In this document: in pieces, positions 38,031 through 50,535 of the stretch
Layout of the letters: the number at the start of each line of letters is the position of its first letter
How positions within the stretch are numbered: the stretch's first letter is position 1
Source of the DNA: Schmidtea polychroa
Taxonomy: Eukaryota
Length of the DNA: 64,000 bases
NCBI GenBank assembly: GCA_044892525.1
Contig: CM097885.1
Coordinates: forward strand, 36,828,001 to 36,892,000
Direction: 5' to 3'
Notes under the pieces: generated by a model
The model's input: the letters and a program-made list of their open reading frames with translations, nothing else
What the model was told of the DNA's origin: nothing
The model's database searches: none
Translations under genes and position numbers: made by a program

Positions 38031-40659
38031 CAGGGGTGGCAAAACTTTCAAGTCTTGCGGGCGACTTTTAACTAAATTAAATCTGGCGGTCTACCAGAAA
38101 AACTATTTTCAATTGTTACCTGTAGTTATTCTATTTATTCTATTTAAATACAAAACGAATTAGAAAAAAACTTATAATACTTTACTAGAACGTAAACATA
38201 TCTTAATATAATATTATTTACTGCTACTACTTGCACCTGATACGTGGCACTGCATCTTATCAGCAAGTTCTTCGTATTTCGGGCAATAGGAGCTTATGGC
38301 GATCCGCAAGCATGATTCCAAATGATCATCTGTCAAACAAGATCGATGTTTTTTTTAATGACATTCATTGAAGAAAAGGCTGATTCACAAAGATAGGTGG
38401 ATCCAAAAAATGCGGACATATATCCAACTACTCTCCGCAAAATTGGATATTTTTCTTCTGAAATAAGATTCCAAAAATTATCTTCGGTTGTAGCTCTTGA
38501 TTTTAAGTAAATGTCGCTTTTCAACGCTATTATCTCATCTTCTAAGCAAGCTGAATCTGAATCCAGAAATTCATTAATCTGAGTAGCGATCTCCTCTGTA
38601 TCAATAACATTATTAAACGGGAATGACATGAACATAGCAATATTTGCAATTTTAGATAAATCTGCGAAACATGTGTTAAATTCATTTAAAAGGGTAGTAA
38701 TTTGATTTGTATATTTATCGTAAAGAATTCCTGGCGCATTTTTGGATTCTTCTTCCATGTTTTTAAAATGTTTCAAATCACCCCGTTCTAGTTGACGCAC
38801 AAACAAGGACAGTTTCTCTTTAAACGTCTTTACTGCCGTTATCATGTCAAGAATTGATTTGTGTCTCCCCTGAAGCTGTAAATTTAATTTATTCAGGTGC
38901 TCTGTAATGTCGCAAAGAAAAGCAAGATTTATCAGCCAACTTTTATCCTCCAGTTCGGGATATAATTCTTCTCTTCCAGTCAAAAACTGTTTTATTCCGG
39001 GCAAAAGATCTCTAAATCGTTTTAAAAATGCTGCACGGCTAAGCCATCTTACATCCGTGTGTAACAATAATTCAGTATTTTCAATTTCACATTGTTCAAG
39101 CAAAGTTCGAAATTGACGTCGTTGTAGACTTCTTGCACGTATCGAATTTACTATTTTAAACGCAATATTCATTACATAGTTCAACACTTTGGAGCATAAG
39201 GTTTGCTGGTGGATAATGCAATGATACGAATGAAAACTGGGAATTTCTTCATCATTTTTGCAAAGTGTTACAAATCCGACATGTTTTCCGATCATAGACG
39301 GAGCTCCATCCGTGGTAATTGATACCAACTTGTGAATCGGGAAATGGGTGCGACTTATAAAAGACTTGAATAAATTGTAAATATCTTGACCCCTTGTTTG
39401 TCCTTTCATTGGAAGAATAGTCAATAATTCTTCTCTGGTTGACATATCATCAAAAAACCATTCGAATGAAGATGCATAGTTGCGCAGTATCAGTGAAATC
39501 TGTAGATTCATCAAATTGCAAAGAGAAAAAGCGGCATTTTCGAATATCTTGCCGCAAAATATCTTCCAAGTTTTTGCTAATGTCCACCATTCTTTGCGTG
39601 CTAGTATTGCGCGCCAATGACATATTGTTGATACAATCCATTATTTCGGATTTATTTTTAAAATCTTTGAATAACACCTCACCAGCTTCAACAAACGCCT
39701 GTTTCCATATTTCGCCATCTCCAAAAGCTTTTTTATGTTTCATCAAAATATTAACTACCTTGAATGATGCTAGGGTAGCTGTTTTTGATTTTGAGTTAAA
39801 TTTCGTAAAAAAAGTTTGTTGTGCACCTAATTGAGACTTTAACTGCTTGACTTTGTCTTTTCGTACCTCGGAATGTAATGGAAAGTCAATTTCATACTGT
39901 TTGTGCACTGTTCGAAAATATCGTTCAACGTTAGCTCTTTTAGGTAGTGCTACGTTTGAATTACAAATGAGACAAACACACTTATCTTTCATCATTATGA
40001 AAAAAAATTCCTGTTCCCATTCAGTATTATAATGGTACGTTTTAGTTTTTTTGGCCGGTTGTGTCATTGGGGCTAAAACAAGAAAATAATAAAAGCTAAA
40101 ATAAATTAAATATGAAAATTAATGTTAAACACACTTACATACTCAAAAATTAAAAATGTTAACTTTTATAAAGAATTTTTTTTAATAAAAAAATTTTGAA
40201 ATTAATATTATAAGCAGGTATTATTCAATACTGAAATACTTCAAGCTTTCAAATTTTTCTAACGAAAACAATTTGATTTCAAAATTTTTTTATTTTATTT
40301 TGGTTGTTTTTTATTTTTTTATTCCTTATCGAAGATTGTAGCGTCAATGTTTTGCTTTTATTTTATGGCCTACTTGTTCAAACACATGAAATTTATTCTG
40401 ATTATTAGCTAACTGTATATATTTGAATTTCAAACTAAAAGTTTACTACACTCTGAGTGTTATCTGACTAATATTATGTTTCTTATTGGAATTTTTTTGT
40501 CATATGAATTGAAACTTATTTTAAATATGTTTATAAAGTTAGAAATTCAATAAATAAAAAACTGATTTTTATATGCAATTTTCCATAGTGCTAGCGGGCT
40601 ACTTTCGATAGCTACGCGGTCGACCAGTCGACCGCGGTCGACGCTTTTTGCCAGCCCTG
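38031..40659 (-). mobile_element. Buster/Charlie (SPIN/GTF2IRD2-like) hAT transposon, complete
   Basis: TIR CAGGG(G/C)TGGCAAAA, TSD GTATAGAT (38023-38030, 40660-40667). Confidence 0.95.
38214..40067 (-). pseudogene. Near-intact hAT transposase with two homopolymer frameshifts
   Basis: FDESTD, TTDGAPSM, HCIIH, DVRWLSR and STYLCESAFS. Frameshifts fall in a T-run near 39455 and an A-run near 38350; the C-terminus LTDDHLESCLRIA is recoverable. Confidence 0.9.
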
Positions 40660-41262
40660 GTATAGATAGACAAGCAAATTAACACATATTTGCGTCCGAT
40701 TTAGGCGTCGCCATGACGATTTTTATGGCGTTAAATTTAAAATAATTAAGTTATAATTTAGGATAGGAATTTTTAGCGAAAGTATCTTAATTGTCGTACA
40801 AACCCGAGGGGTCTACATACAAATCGAGGAGATCCCGGTAATCGCTGAATTTTCTCCCATCATATAGTACATATAGAATTTAGTGACGCAGTAGCGAAAT
40901 GGGGGAAAGTGGAATTGTTGAAATATAATGAAACGAACTAAAATAATCAAGATCACAATAATGAAGTAATACTAATACATTAGTTAGGAATAGTAGCACT
41001 CGTAAAATAAACGTAAAGGTTGAAGTTAATATGAAGGAATGTTTTTCGGAAATTCCCGTTTTCTTCTCATAAATTAGTAATGATTGAATGGTTTAACTTG
41101 GATGTTTGAGATCGAATGAATGGGGGTATTGACTAACGGTGTGGATTTGTGACCCCTATTGAACAGCTTGATTAGGAAGATTTTAAATTGCGTATTCGAA
41201 AATATAAATAATACTCCAGCGAATTTTACAATTTAAAGATAAAGATTTTCTCAAAACTTTAG

Positions 41263-42025
41263 ATGAATGCCTCAACCAGCTCCGGGAAAACCCTCCGTCC
41301 TTGCTTTTCCTGTGCTGATAAAAATGCCGATATCGCACAGCTCCACTTATACATCGGGGAACTAAAGAAGAGAATTGACCTCTATGAGGGGACGTGGTTC
41401 TCCCCACCACAAATGAAGGAGGAGAAGAACAAGATTCTACGTTTGGAGCACTGCCGTGACAGTCTCCTGGAAGAGAGCAGGTGCCAGAGGCTAACCATAA
41501 AAGCCCAATCAGAGGCACTGCACAAAGTATATTCCGAATCAGAAATAGCGAAGCGAGTTCGCGAGTATCCAATACAAGATGGGACTAACGTGTTCCCAGG
41601 GCACCACCAATCAGCGGAAACACCATCCACAACTAGTTGCAAGGGGCATGGCTTACAATTGCCGCCAATCCCCGCCCAGTCCTTTCTGGTTACCGGCTTA
41701 TGGCTGGCGGTCGATCGGACCCTATCTTGGCTCCAATCCTTGTGTCACCCCTCATTCAGCCTCCAGCAGAAGCCACCTTGCCACCCCGAAAGCGTAAGCG
41801 GCCGACCCGCTCGGAGAAAAATCAGAAGCGCAGAAACGCCATGGCCGCGCTCGAGGCATCGTTATCTGCAGCCAAATCGACTATCAAGGAAATTACCGTT
41901 ACCCATTCCATTCCTACAAAGAAGTATTCCGGGTAGTTCCAGCCGACAGCATCAAATTCCTCGAAGATCGCCGATTGCCCGTTGACATCGACGAGATGCT
42001 CGCAGAAGGAGAAGCATTCCCGTAG
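41263..42025 (+). pseudogene. LTR-encoded accessory protein of unit B, two 1-nt deletions
   Basis: PCFSCADKN, EGTWFSP, PPRKRKRPTRSEKNQKRR, VDIDEMLAEGE; frameshifts near 41677 and 41925. Confidence 0.85.
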
Positions 42026-42308
42026 TGAATCTTCCCATCGGCCCCGATTCCTCTACCTTATGCCTGAACTCGAATGATTTGACAATTATTGTGTGCATGT
42101 GCTTAAATGTTTCATCATTATCCAACTAATATGTACTGTCGTTTATGTTTTTTCATTTCAATACAACCGTTCTATTTTCTCTGACTGTGTTAGTTATATG
42201 GGTGATTTACGGTGGTTGAATTGAACGAGAAGGGGATCCTGAAGATATAGTATGAGCTTAAATGTCGTCCCCTTGGGCCGGGGCCGGACTGAATCACATG
42301 TATAGAAT

Positions 42309-42449
42309 GGGTAAGACCTTCTAAGGCACCGTAGAACCCGAACCGAGAAAGGGTTAGGAGTAGTCCTAAGGCAGGGGCTCACCTGCTAACCTTTTCCAAC
42401 CCGTGTGAGCAGCACCAACGTGGAACATCGACACGGGCTCATGCGTGGG
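42309..42449 (+). ncRNA. Conserved structured RNA motif, copy B
   Basis: GAAAGGGTTAG/CTAACCTTTTC outer stem; AGTCCT-AAGGCA-GGGGCT-CAC; GTGTGAGC-AGCACCAA-CGTG..CACG-G-GCTCATGC. Confidence 0.8.
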
Positions 42450-43220
42450 AATATGTGAATGATCATGTGAAGTATGTGAGGGAATAGTCTGAGCAGAACG
42501 ATGTTACTGGATCTGTATGATAATCATGTATGTATAAATTTTTTCTTTTTCGCATACGCCAACAAAAGTTTAGTTTGGATCACCTTTTCCCCAATGACAT
42601 AAATGTAAATCACCGACACCTATCCTCAGTAAACTCCTTCAGATCACATAATCAATGGCAGCGAGATCGCTAGTAATCTTAATAAGTCTTAACAATACAA
42701 AGCCCTGACTTCAATTTGAATTATATCAGGAAAAGGTCTTGAAAAATGGTAATACGAAAATATAACTAAATCACTCACATAAAGAAAAGAACGTGGAAAA
42801 CGCACAAAATTTTATTATCTGACAAAATTATTAAATTTCATGAGATGACACCGTGTTGGCAGTGAATCAGTATCCAAGTACTTTTTCGACATTAAGCAGA
42901 CTAAACTCTCGTGAACGACTGAGGTACAATTTAATTTGGTTTTACAAATTCAAATAAACCAAAATTTTAGTTTATTAAGATGATTATTCGCGTCATAGAT
43001 GATTATTAGTTCGAGGTCTAGTTTTAGGCTTTCTTTTGCTGTGAGATGATAGGTCGGGTAGTACGGTCACGAATTTTCCCTTTTCTTTTGTGTTTGGGAT
43101 CTAGTACTACCAATTAAAAATTGACCTTAAGCGTGGAGATTGAATTTTACTATTATACGATGACCGACAGAACTATATCTTAAACAATTATAGAAATGTT
43201 CCAATCCAGCATCTACGATG

Positions 43221-43772
43221 ACAAAGAATCAAACCGGCAGTTAATCACTCGACTCCGGACTGGAACTGGGGTCGAGACCTGGAAAACTACGGTCCAGTAA
43301 TATGGAATGGACCCGAGGCCGATGCCCGGGCGTGGGTTAAACCGGAACCCTACAATAACCTATTGGTGGAGGCCCGCGACCAAGCGATGGCAGAATTAGA
43401 AGCAGCGAAAATCAAACTGTGGAAAATCGAGAACCAGCTGCGAGTAGAAGCAATGGGGATCCGGGAACTCGAGGGCACTTGGTTTAGTCCGACCGAAATG
43501 AAGAAGACGTCTCAAATACTACAACTTCAGACTCAAGCCGAACAAGATCAAACTGAAATCCGTGCGTTAAGGTTACAGATACGCGCGTTAGAAACCAAGC
43601 TGAATCAACAACTTATCAATGAGGCCACAGCAGCAGAGATTCGCCCTCTGCCAACAGAATTGGCCGAAATATATCCACCGGCTCCGTCAACCTAAACGAA
43701 GCGTAAGAGGTTAGGTCGAAATACCCGCGAAAACCTAAAGAAACTCCGGCTGGTAAGGCTGGTAAGGACCTA
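43221..43772 (+). pseudogene. Divergent LTR accessory protein of unit A
   Basis: Open frame from 43221 with IRELEGTWFSPTEMKK and a coiled-coil-like segment. After an in-frame TAA at 43693 it continues TKRKRLGRNTRENLKKLR. Confidence 0.7.
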
Positions 43773-43929
43773 ACCCAAACTCAACCATCAAAGGTGTTGT
43801 AACCGAGAGTACATTTTGAGATTTAGCATAAATTAACGTGTATTTTAATGTGACTTATGTTTGACTGATGACAGAATGATGGGTGTATATTTTGGAAAAC
43901 AATTGTGACAAGGGACCTGAGTGAAATCG

Positions 43930-44064
43930 GACACATCTTCTAACGATAGTCCGTGTACCTAAGGAGTGCCCGACAATTATAGTGCAATTAGTGCGCTCAC
44001 TTTTTGCGAGCACTCCCCAACTTAATACAGTACCAACGTTGATTACTCAATGGATATCAAGCGG
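43930..44064 (+). ncRNA. Conserved structured RNA motif, copy A (most divergent)
   Basis: GGAGTGC/GCACTCC outer stem; AGTGCA-ATTAG-TGCGCT-CAC; AGTACCAA-CGTTGA..TCAATG-G. Confidence 0.7.
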
Positions 44065-44140
44065 TAAAACAATGTTGTATCCTGGGTTACGCTGGTAACA
44101 GCACGAAAAAGTAAATCATTTGATCATCAGTAACCCACCA

Positions 44141-45592
44141 TAGTGTTCGAAAATAAGATAAATCCTTATACTTTTTATCACCATGAATTTTAGTCAAATG
44201 TTCTTGTAGTCTGGAAATTTTCTTGGCTTCGTTTGATAAAACTTTCTGGCAAATCAGGCACATAGGTAATTTATTGTTTATGGGCGACTGAATAAAGCCA
44301 AATTTCAAATATTCTATATTATATTGTCTACATTTTTTTGTTTCAGCCATTATCGTCTGTCTAAAAATAATATATATCAATAAATTTTTAAATGATATAT
44401 TTTTATAATTTTCTGCAATATTTATGTGAATATCAAACTAAACTGATAAAATCAATAAACATGATATTTTAATTTATAAAGTGCATATAATTACTACAAA
44501 ATAAATAAATGTCGTGAAAGCAGCGACTTCATCGACGTCGGATGCGCCGATGCAATGTATATTTCCAAGCAATTACTACAATGTAAATGTGCTGATGCAC
44601 GAGCGTGGATATCTACGACACTTCAATATCAATGCTCGGATGTCTTTTTCAGGATTTAGAATATTTCTATCGAAATATATGTCTTCAATGTATAATGCGC
44701 GATGATGCACTGCGCCGATGCAATGTGTGGAATGGCAAATTGCAATGCTAAAAATGGCAAACTCCGCATGGTTTGCCCGGAAGTTCCCGGACTTCTAAGA
44801 AGCACAGTTTTCTATATTCCACGGTGGGCTACTCGCCGGTGCTCGCCCCTTCCAGGAAAGTTCCCACTACCCCAAGGGAAATCAAAGCCCTGTGGCATCG
44901 GTAGAAAGTCGGGAAACCATGTGGAACGTTTCTCACTAGGTTTTAGGGGCGTAACTATTAAAAAGGCCTGCACAACGTTATCACATTATGGATAATCAAA
45001 TAATACTGATATTTGTTACTTTTTCACCGTACATGTACTTAACAATTTATATTTTAAACTAGTTTAACTTTATTTTAGTTGCCTTTACTTATTTTAACTA
45101 ATAGTTGTGTAATTTTAAATTGTGTATCGCTCATTTATTTAAGAACACAAAATAACCCGCAACGTTGTTGCCACTAAAGCCATGTAATAGTCAACTGAAA
45201 AACAGCACCTTTATACTCAACATAGTAACACAAATAAAAGAAAACAAAAATCGTACTTCCGCAACATAAATAATAATCACCAATTATAGAGGCACTATTT
45301 GTTAGTTAACTTTAACTAGTGACAATATCACAACAATCTAACCTACAATTATATTACGCTAGCAATTCAATAGCATCACATGAACAGTAGCGGTGCGGGA
45401 TTGTACATACATACCTCGGCGCAAGTGATAAAATGAAGCATCATAAACGGAATACATAAATAAATTTTCCTAATCTTCTTGACTTACTTTTATACTTTCA
45501 CTGCCTCGTTACAGTTATTTATCCCCCCCCCAATCCACCTGTAGCCATCACTGCCCCCTGGATCGCTGCAGCGCCCACTTTGGGAACCACTG
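44141..45592 (-). mobile_element. 5' part of the split Buster hAT (N-terminal ORF + TIR)
   Basis: ATG at 44350: MAETKKCRQYNIEYLKFGF...CLICQKVLSNE..RLQEHL..YFRTL. Terminal TTTGGGAACCACTG at 45579-45592 is a CAGTGGTTCCCAAA TIR. Confidence 0.85.
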
Positions 45593-47974
45593 TATTAATC
45601 AATCACAGATCTTTTAAATTATACATTTTGTATTCAATTTTTAATTAAAATTTTGTTTTAACTTTAAAATTTAAAAATATTTTGTTCTAATTTTTAATAG
45701 AAATAATTTTTGTCGTATTATTTTAGGGTAAAGTAACTCATTTTTGGTCACTTGGTAAGGAACTCCAATTTCAATTCTATAGCACGCAATTATAAAATGT
45801 TTCTTTAAAATAGCTCAATACATTCTTTTCACGTCATGATAATTATGAGAAACTTTCTGTCAATTTCTTGCATAACTTAATTTAGCTGAATGTAGTGAAA
45901 ACGACCAAATGCTGGCCATGGGTGCCCATTTTTCGAGCTAGAATTAAGTACAACTGCTGCTTGCATTGCAGCCTATTTGTGAATAAAAGTGATGACAACG
46001 AATGTAAGAAAATGTTCATTTTAACATAAACGTAAAATTAAAATTTCCATGTGTTTAATAGCTGTTCTTATTGCACAATGAACATACAAACAAAAGCAAA
46101 ATGTGTACACTTAATAAATCATTAAACTACATTTCATGAAACAATTGTTGTTGAAAGTATATTTTGGAAGGGTTTAGTTGTCGATATCATCTGTATCATT
46201 GTTATTCACTGACATGATGTTATCACTATTTCTATCATAAATATGTTGTGTGGGTAGCTTTTGCACCATCAATCACAGGAGATTTGTAACTGATATACCA
46301 AGGTCCATACCAGAGTTTAAAGTGGTATCAGGAACACTAAATAGTGATATCAAGATTCCCTATTTCTCTGACATTGGACTGCACACACTTTAGCAGGTCT
46401 ATCAATTTTTTCATGAAGATTTCATCATTCTGGAGATCAAATTGTTTATTGTAGCAAAGATCATAACATTCTAACTGTCGTGCTGACAAGCCATTTTCTA
46501 GGATAACCAATACCAGGTGAGGTGAAGTGGCAGCAGAGACAGTCGCAATAATGTTATGGTCTTCCGATAAGTAGTCTGGTAAGTTTAAGACCCTACTTGC
46601 ACAATCTTTAATGTCAGAAGTTACCAGTTTTGCGCTGAACTCCCTTCATAGCCGAAGTCATTGCACTTTCGGATCATAGACAGTGGTTGTCTTCTTTTGA
46701 CCGAGAAGGTTGTGGGTGAATACAGGTAACAGGCGAAAGATGTGTCAGACTTTCCGCGATTTTGCCATGATGCTACAAAAAATAAAAAACGTCTACATTT
46801 TTTGTTATAAAAATAACATGCAATAAGACAGATTCTCGCTTTTAAGGTAGCCTAAATTTGCAAATCATATCGCACTTAACCAATAAACGAAAGGTCAATA
46901 AACAGTATACATTCAATAAAAATATTAAATATTTTGCTTTACAAAATTCATGGTCTCTACATTCTATGGCCATGGGCTAGATTTTTGTATTTTAATTTAA
47001 GCACTGTGTATTATTCTGGCCATGGCCGGAAATCCGTCACGTTTTGGCCAGAATTAAGTCAGATTACAAGGTGCTGCAAAAATGTAAAAACATAATAATA
47101 ATAATGCAACACTGTACTGCCAAATTAACTTACATCATGTAGCAACGTATTATCTATGTTCAGGAAAATAATTTACCGCTGGATAGATTATGGTGTACAG
47201 ATAATAGACTTTGATGCAATACGGCCTAATTTCTAATAACGCAACAAAAGCTCAATAATTACAACACAAATTTGCCAACTTTACACGTACTATTTACAAA
47301 ATGATGTCGGCATAGATACTATTTTTAGCAACATATGTGAAAAAATTTGAGGATGTCCCCAATAGTTTTCCTACTGTTGAGGTCTCACTATTTGAGATTC
47401 TCAACTTTACTAGTTCTCCAATAGATAGGAAAAATATAAGTCTTTGTATAAATATTAAAGTAAAGTTAACTTTTCACAATTGAAACCAAATAACTAAAAA
47501 AATGCGTGCTAAATATGTAATGTTAAAATGTTGTATAGTGCGTGCTGTGTAAATTGAATGTGATATTTGGAACGTTTTTGTCTGTTCGGTGTTTTAGTTT
47601 CTTCTAAAGATTAAATTTTGAAGACTACTTTTGGAGCTATTTTTGGGCGAGTTGACTAATTTTTGTGGGCTTATTTTTACCAGACTTTTGATTAAGAAAA
47701 AAAATATTATTTCCGGCTTTACGCGTGTATTTTACATATATATATATATATATATTAGGGGTATGACTATTTCACAACCCCCTATTGGCTTATGTAGATA
47801 GGAAATGCGGAATTTTTGGCATCTAAGATGTTTCCTTAAAAAAGGTCCTCACCAAACAAGGTTTCAAAAAAGCGACAAACTCTCGAATTAACCGTGTAAT
47901 ATTACAGAAAACACATCAAAGTGTGGTAATGTGCAATGTACATTAGCAGTAAAATAATAAAGTAATGGTCATTT

Positions 47975-48204
47975 GTTAGAATAAATCGCTAGTTGAATTT
48001 TGCATCACTTTTACAATAAGGAAATATATATCCCAGTATTTTAATAGCGCGTTCTGCATATCTGTTACTTTCCAGATCAGCGATGACGCCATTTTCTGTT
48101 ATCCAGTGTTTATCAAAGCAATTTTTCGCATTGGAGTAATTATGCACCTGAGTCTTTAATACATTCATTCTTGGCATCCAATCTTGTTGTTCAAGGAACC
48201 ACAC
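47975..48204 (-). pseudogene. DNA-transposase C-terminal fragment (hATm-like, tentative)
   Basis: ESNRYAERAIKIL resembles the NDxAERxIK motif. Confidence 0.35.
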
Positions 48205-48459
48205 CGTCGATCATAGTTTTGCAATGAATTTGGCACTCAGCGTTTTAGGAAGCAATGCCAACAGTGCAAAAACTGCTGGAGAATTCCTCTGTGTATTGCT
48301 AATTCTTGGAATTAATTAACTTTTGTCACTTTTCAGTAATTATAATTTTTGTGTTTTTTGATAAATCATTTGAAAAAAATGTTGATATATTAAATATAAT
48401 TAACAAAAGATGTGGGTGAATGTTTATAATAATTATTATTAAAGTGATGATTATTATGA

Positions 48460-48920
48460 TTACGGTGCTCTACTAGTACCCGTGATAACCAGCTCTGACG
48501 TGGAAGGCGACAGATCGGCCTCTACAAAATCGCGACATCCCGGTTTGGACGAGAGATTAGAATGATATGGAAAGTCGTGATTGATGGGGAAATGATTATC
48601 CGCTTCGGCGATTGGAATATCCACTATCTTCTTCGTAACGGCGTCCTGTAGGTAGACCTTATGCAGAGCCTCCGACTGCTCTTTTATTAGGGATCGTTGA
48701 GCTCGGCTCTCCTCGATCTAACTGTTCCTACAATGTTCGCTACGGAACAGTTTTTTTTTACCTCCTGCATTTAGGGTGGAGAAAACCAGGTTCCTTCCAG
48801 GTGATCAATTTTCTTCTTGAGCAATCCTATCTGTACTTGGAGGGTCTTGATAATGCTGTTCTTGTCCGCATAAGAAAAAAATGGGTTGAGAGAATTCTTG
48901 GTTGATGATCTAGCTACCAT
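48460..48920 (-). pseudogene. LTR accessory protein of truncated unit G (C-subfamily)
   Basis: DKNSIIKTLQVQIGLLKKKIDHLEGTWFSPP*, then RSEHCR..ESRAQRSLIKEQSEALHKVY...VITGTS, collinear with 36396-37145. A strong acceptor TTTTCGTTTAG lies 4 nt before the ATG. Confidence 0.85.
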
Positions 48921-50334
48921 TGTTCTAAACGAAAAGAAAAAATATATATACATGTTACGAAATATCATTATGGTAGTCGGAGTTCATACGGGGGGGAGTG
49001 AAAAACATTCGAACTGATACAAGAAGAAATTAATATTTACAAAATCCATAATAATCAACAAGATCGCTGCAGGTTGATAGGATAAGTAGGACATCATTGA
49101 CGATTTTAGAAATAAACCTGTTATTAAATTATGTCGTTGATATATCTCTGTTACCAGTTGTTTCATTAGACGATCGTTATTTTATTTTATTATTAATTAC
49201 GAAAAACTTTATTCATCTAAAATAATTATGAAAATTTATTTAAAATCATTTTGGAAAATTTATTTATTTTAAATTGTCAGAATTTAATGCAACCAGCTGT
49301 TGATTAGCGTAATTAATGTTGTTCCAACGTTATCTGATTATTAGCATATTCGTTATCGCAACACTCCGTCTCGTAACTCTATCATATGCAACCATGATTT
49401 TTATTGCACTTATCTGGTCTAGAATATCAGCAGTAGTATCTCTGGTACTTACTAATGTTGCAAAAGCTTAGTATCGGTGTGAGTGACCGGTTGACTACTT
49501 TTATTTAGATATGAATTAAAATTTGTCTACTGATACTAACGGCTGACCCGTAATTGGGTTTGTGTGAATTAAAAATGTTCATCTGACTACATTTGTTAAA
49601 AGACCTCATACACTTGATTAGACTCTTATCTTCTCGTGGCATTCTACACATGTTTTTATGCTAGTGTGATCGTTATCGCACTAGTCTACTCGAGGTGTGG
49701 TCTAATGAGTTCATCTAAAGTCAATCTCTTAGTGTGTGATCGTTGGCAATTATGATCTATGTCGACCAGGTGGACGTTTAGCTGTTTTAATCAATGGAAA
49801 TATTCGTGATATTTTACTAACTTCGATTTGTTTAATCCTCTAATACTCTGGGAAATGTGGCGTTTATTCTCATTCTAGTGCATTATCTCGTTAATATCAT
49901 GGAAATTTCGACGGAACGTACTGAGGTGTGATTCTGGACAATTTGTTACTATTATATGATCAACAGTGTGACACTCATGAATGGCTCTGCAGATATGTCT
50001 TAAATCTTTCATATCATTTGCATGGCACTTATTTAAAATTTTAAATACATGGAATTTTTCGATTGTTTAGTCAAACATATTACATGAATTACTAATCCAA
50101 GCATAAAATAAAATAAAATAACCACCAGGTAATCTGAATAGTAAAATCAAAAACTTATTAAGTTTGTTTACTTAGTATTTTATTAATAACTTATTCGATG
50201 AGTCTTATCAAATTTCTTAAGAAATTCTTGATATATTTTTATGAACATTCAAATTTATTGCCAACAAAGTACGGCGATTCATATTCTACTAATAATAAAT
50301 GTCAAAAATTAATATTTGAAAAAATAAAAAATTA

Positions 50335-50407
50335 CCCATCATGTGATTTGAACCAACAAACCGCAGAAATCATAAAAAATCAAAGAGTACTTGCCCACTA
50401 AATCACC
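50335..50407 (-). pseudogene. Degenerate tRNA-derived (SINE-like) segment
   Basis: A-box-like GGTGATTTAGTGG and B-box-like GGTTCAAATC about 40 nt apart; no intact cloverleaf. Confidence 0.35.
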
Positions 50408-50535
50408 ATTCTCATAAAAAATTTATAATAACAATAATAATACTTTTTAATAACTAAATTGTTCACAACAATTAAAATATAATAGCACAATAAAAAATTA
50501 TATTATTTCACAATAAAATAGTCTAGACTCTAGAG

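Larger units (their letters stand above)
31728..42564 (+). mobile_element. Solo-LTR-like unit B (net ~4.27 kb), host of unit C and a hAT
   Basis: Start T(T)TTGGGCTAAATT is homologous to the unit D start; end CATACGCCAACA is identical to D; TSD AAAG (31724-31727, 42565-42568). Confidence 0.9.
29646..44140 (+). mobile_element. Solo-LTR-like unit A (net ~3.65 kb), host of unit B
   Basis: TGTTGGG start, CCCACCA end, TSD TAGT (29642-29645, 44141-44144). Removing it rejoins the Buster transposase in frame. Confidence 0.85.

Noticed and set aside
42371-42410. H-type pseudoknot GCAGG/CCUGC with GCUCA/UGAGC
   Set aside because: Works in copies B and D only; the alternative nested fold is supported by compensatory changes in all six.
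42309-42449. Resemblance of the RNA motif to twister-sister (GCUCA), RNase MRP CR-V (ACCAAC..ACACGGGGCUCAU) or HDV-like ribozymes
   Set aside because: Only short words match. The GCAAG/GUGCAAG loops, the MRP P4/CR-I context and the HDV nested pseudoknot cannot be built in all copies.
44514-44995. ORFs 44514-44705 and 44702-44995 as genes
   Set aside because: They lie in the subterminal region of the Buster element on the non-coding strand, with no recognisable motifs.
45725-47000. Pogo-like element with PHD finger
   Set aside because: There is a TA-GGGTAAAG start but no matching TIR or convincing translation.
48476-48500. Apparent seventh RNA motif copy (CACGGGTAC)
   Set aside because: It is coding sequence (VITGTS) of the unit G accessory ORF.
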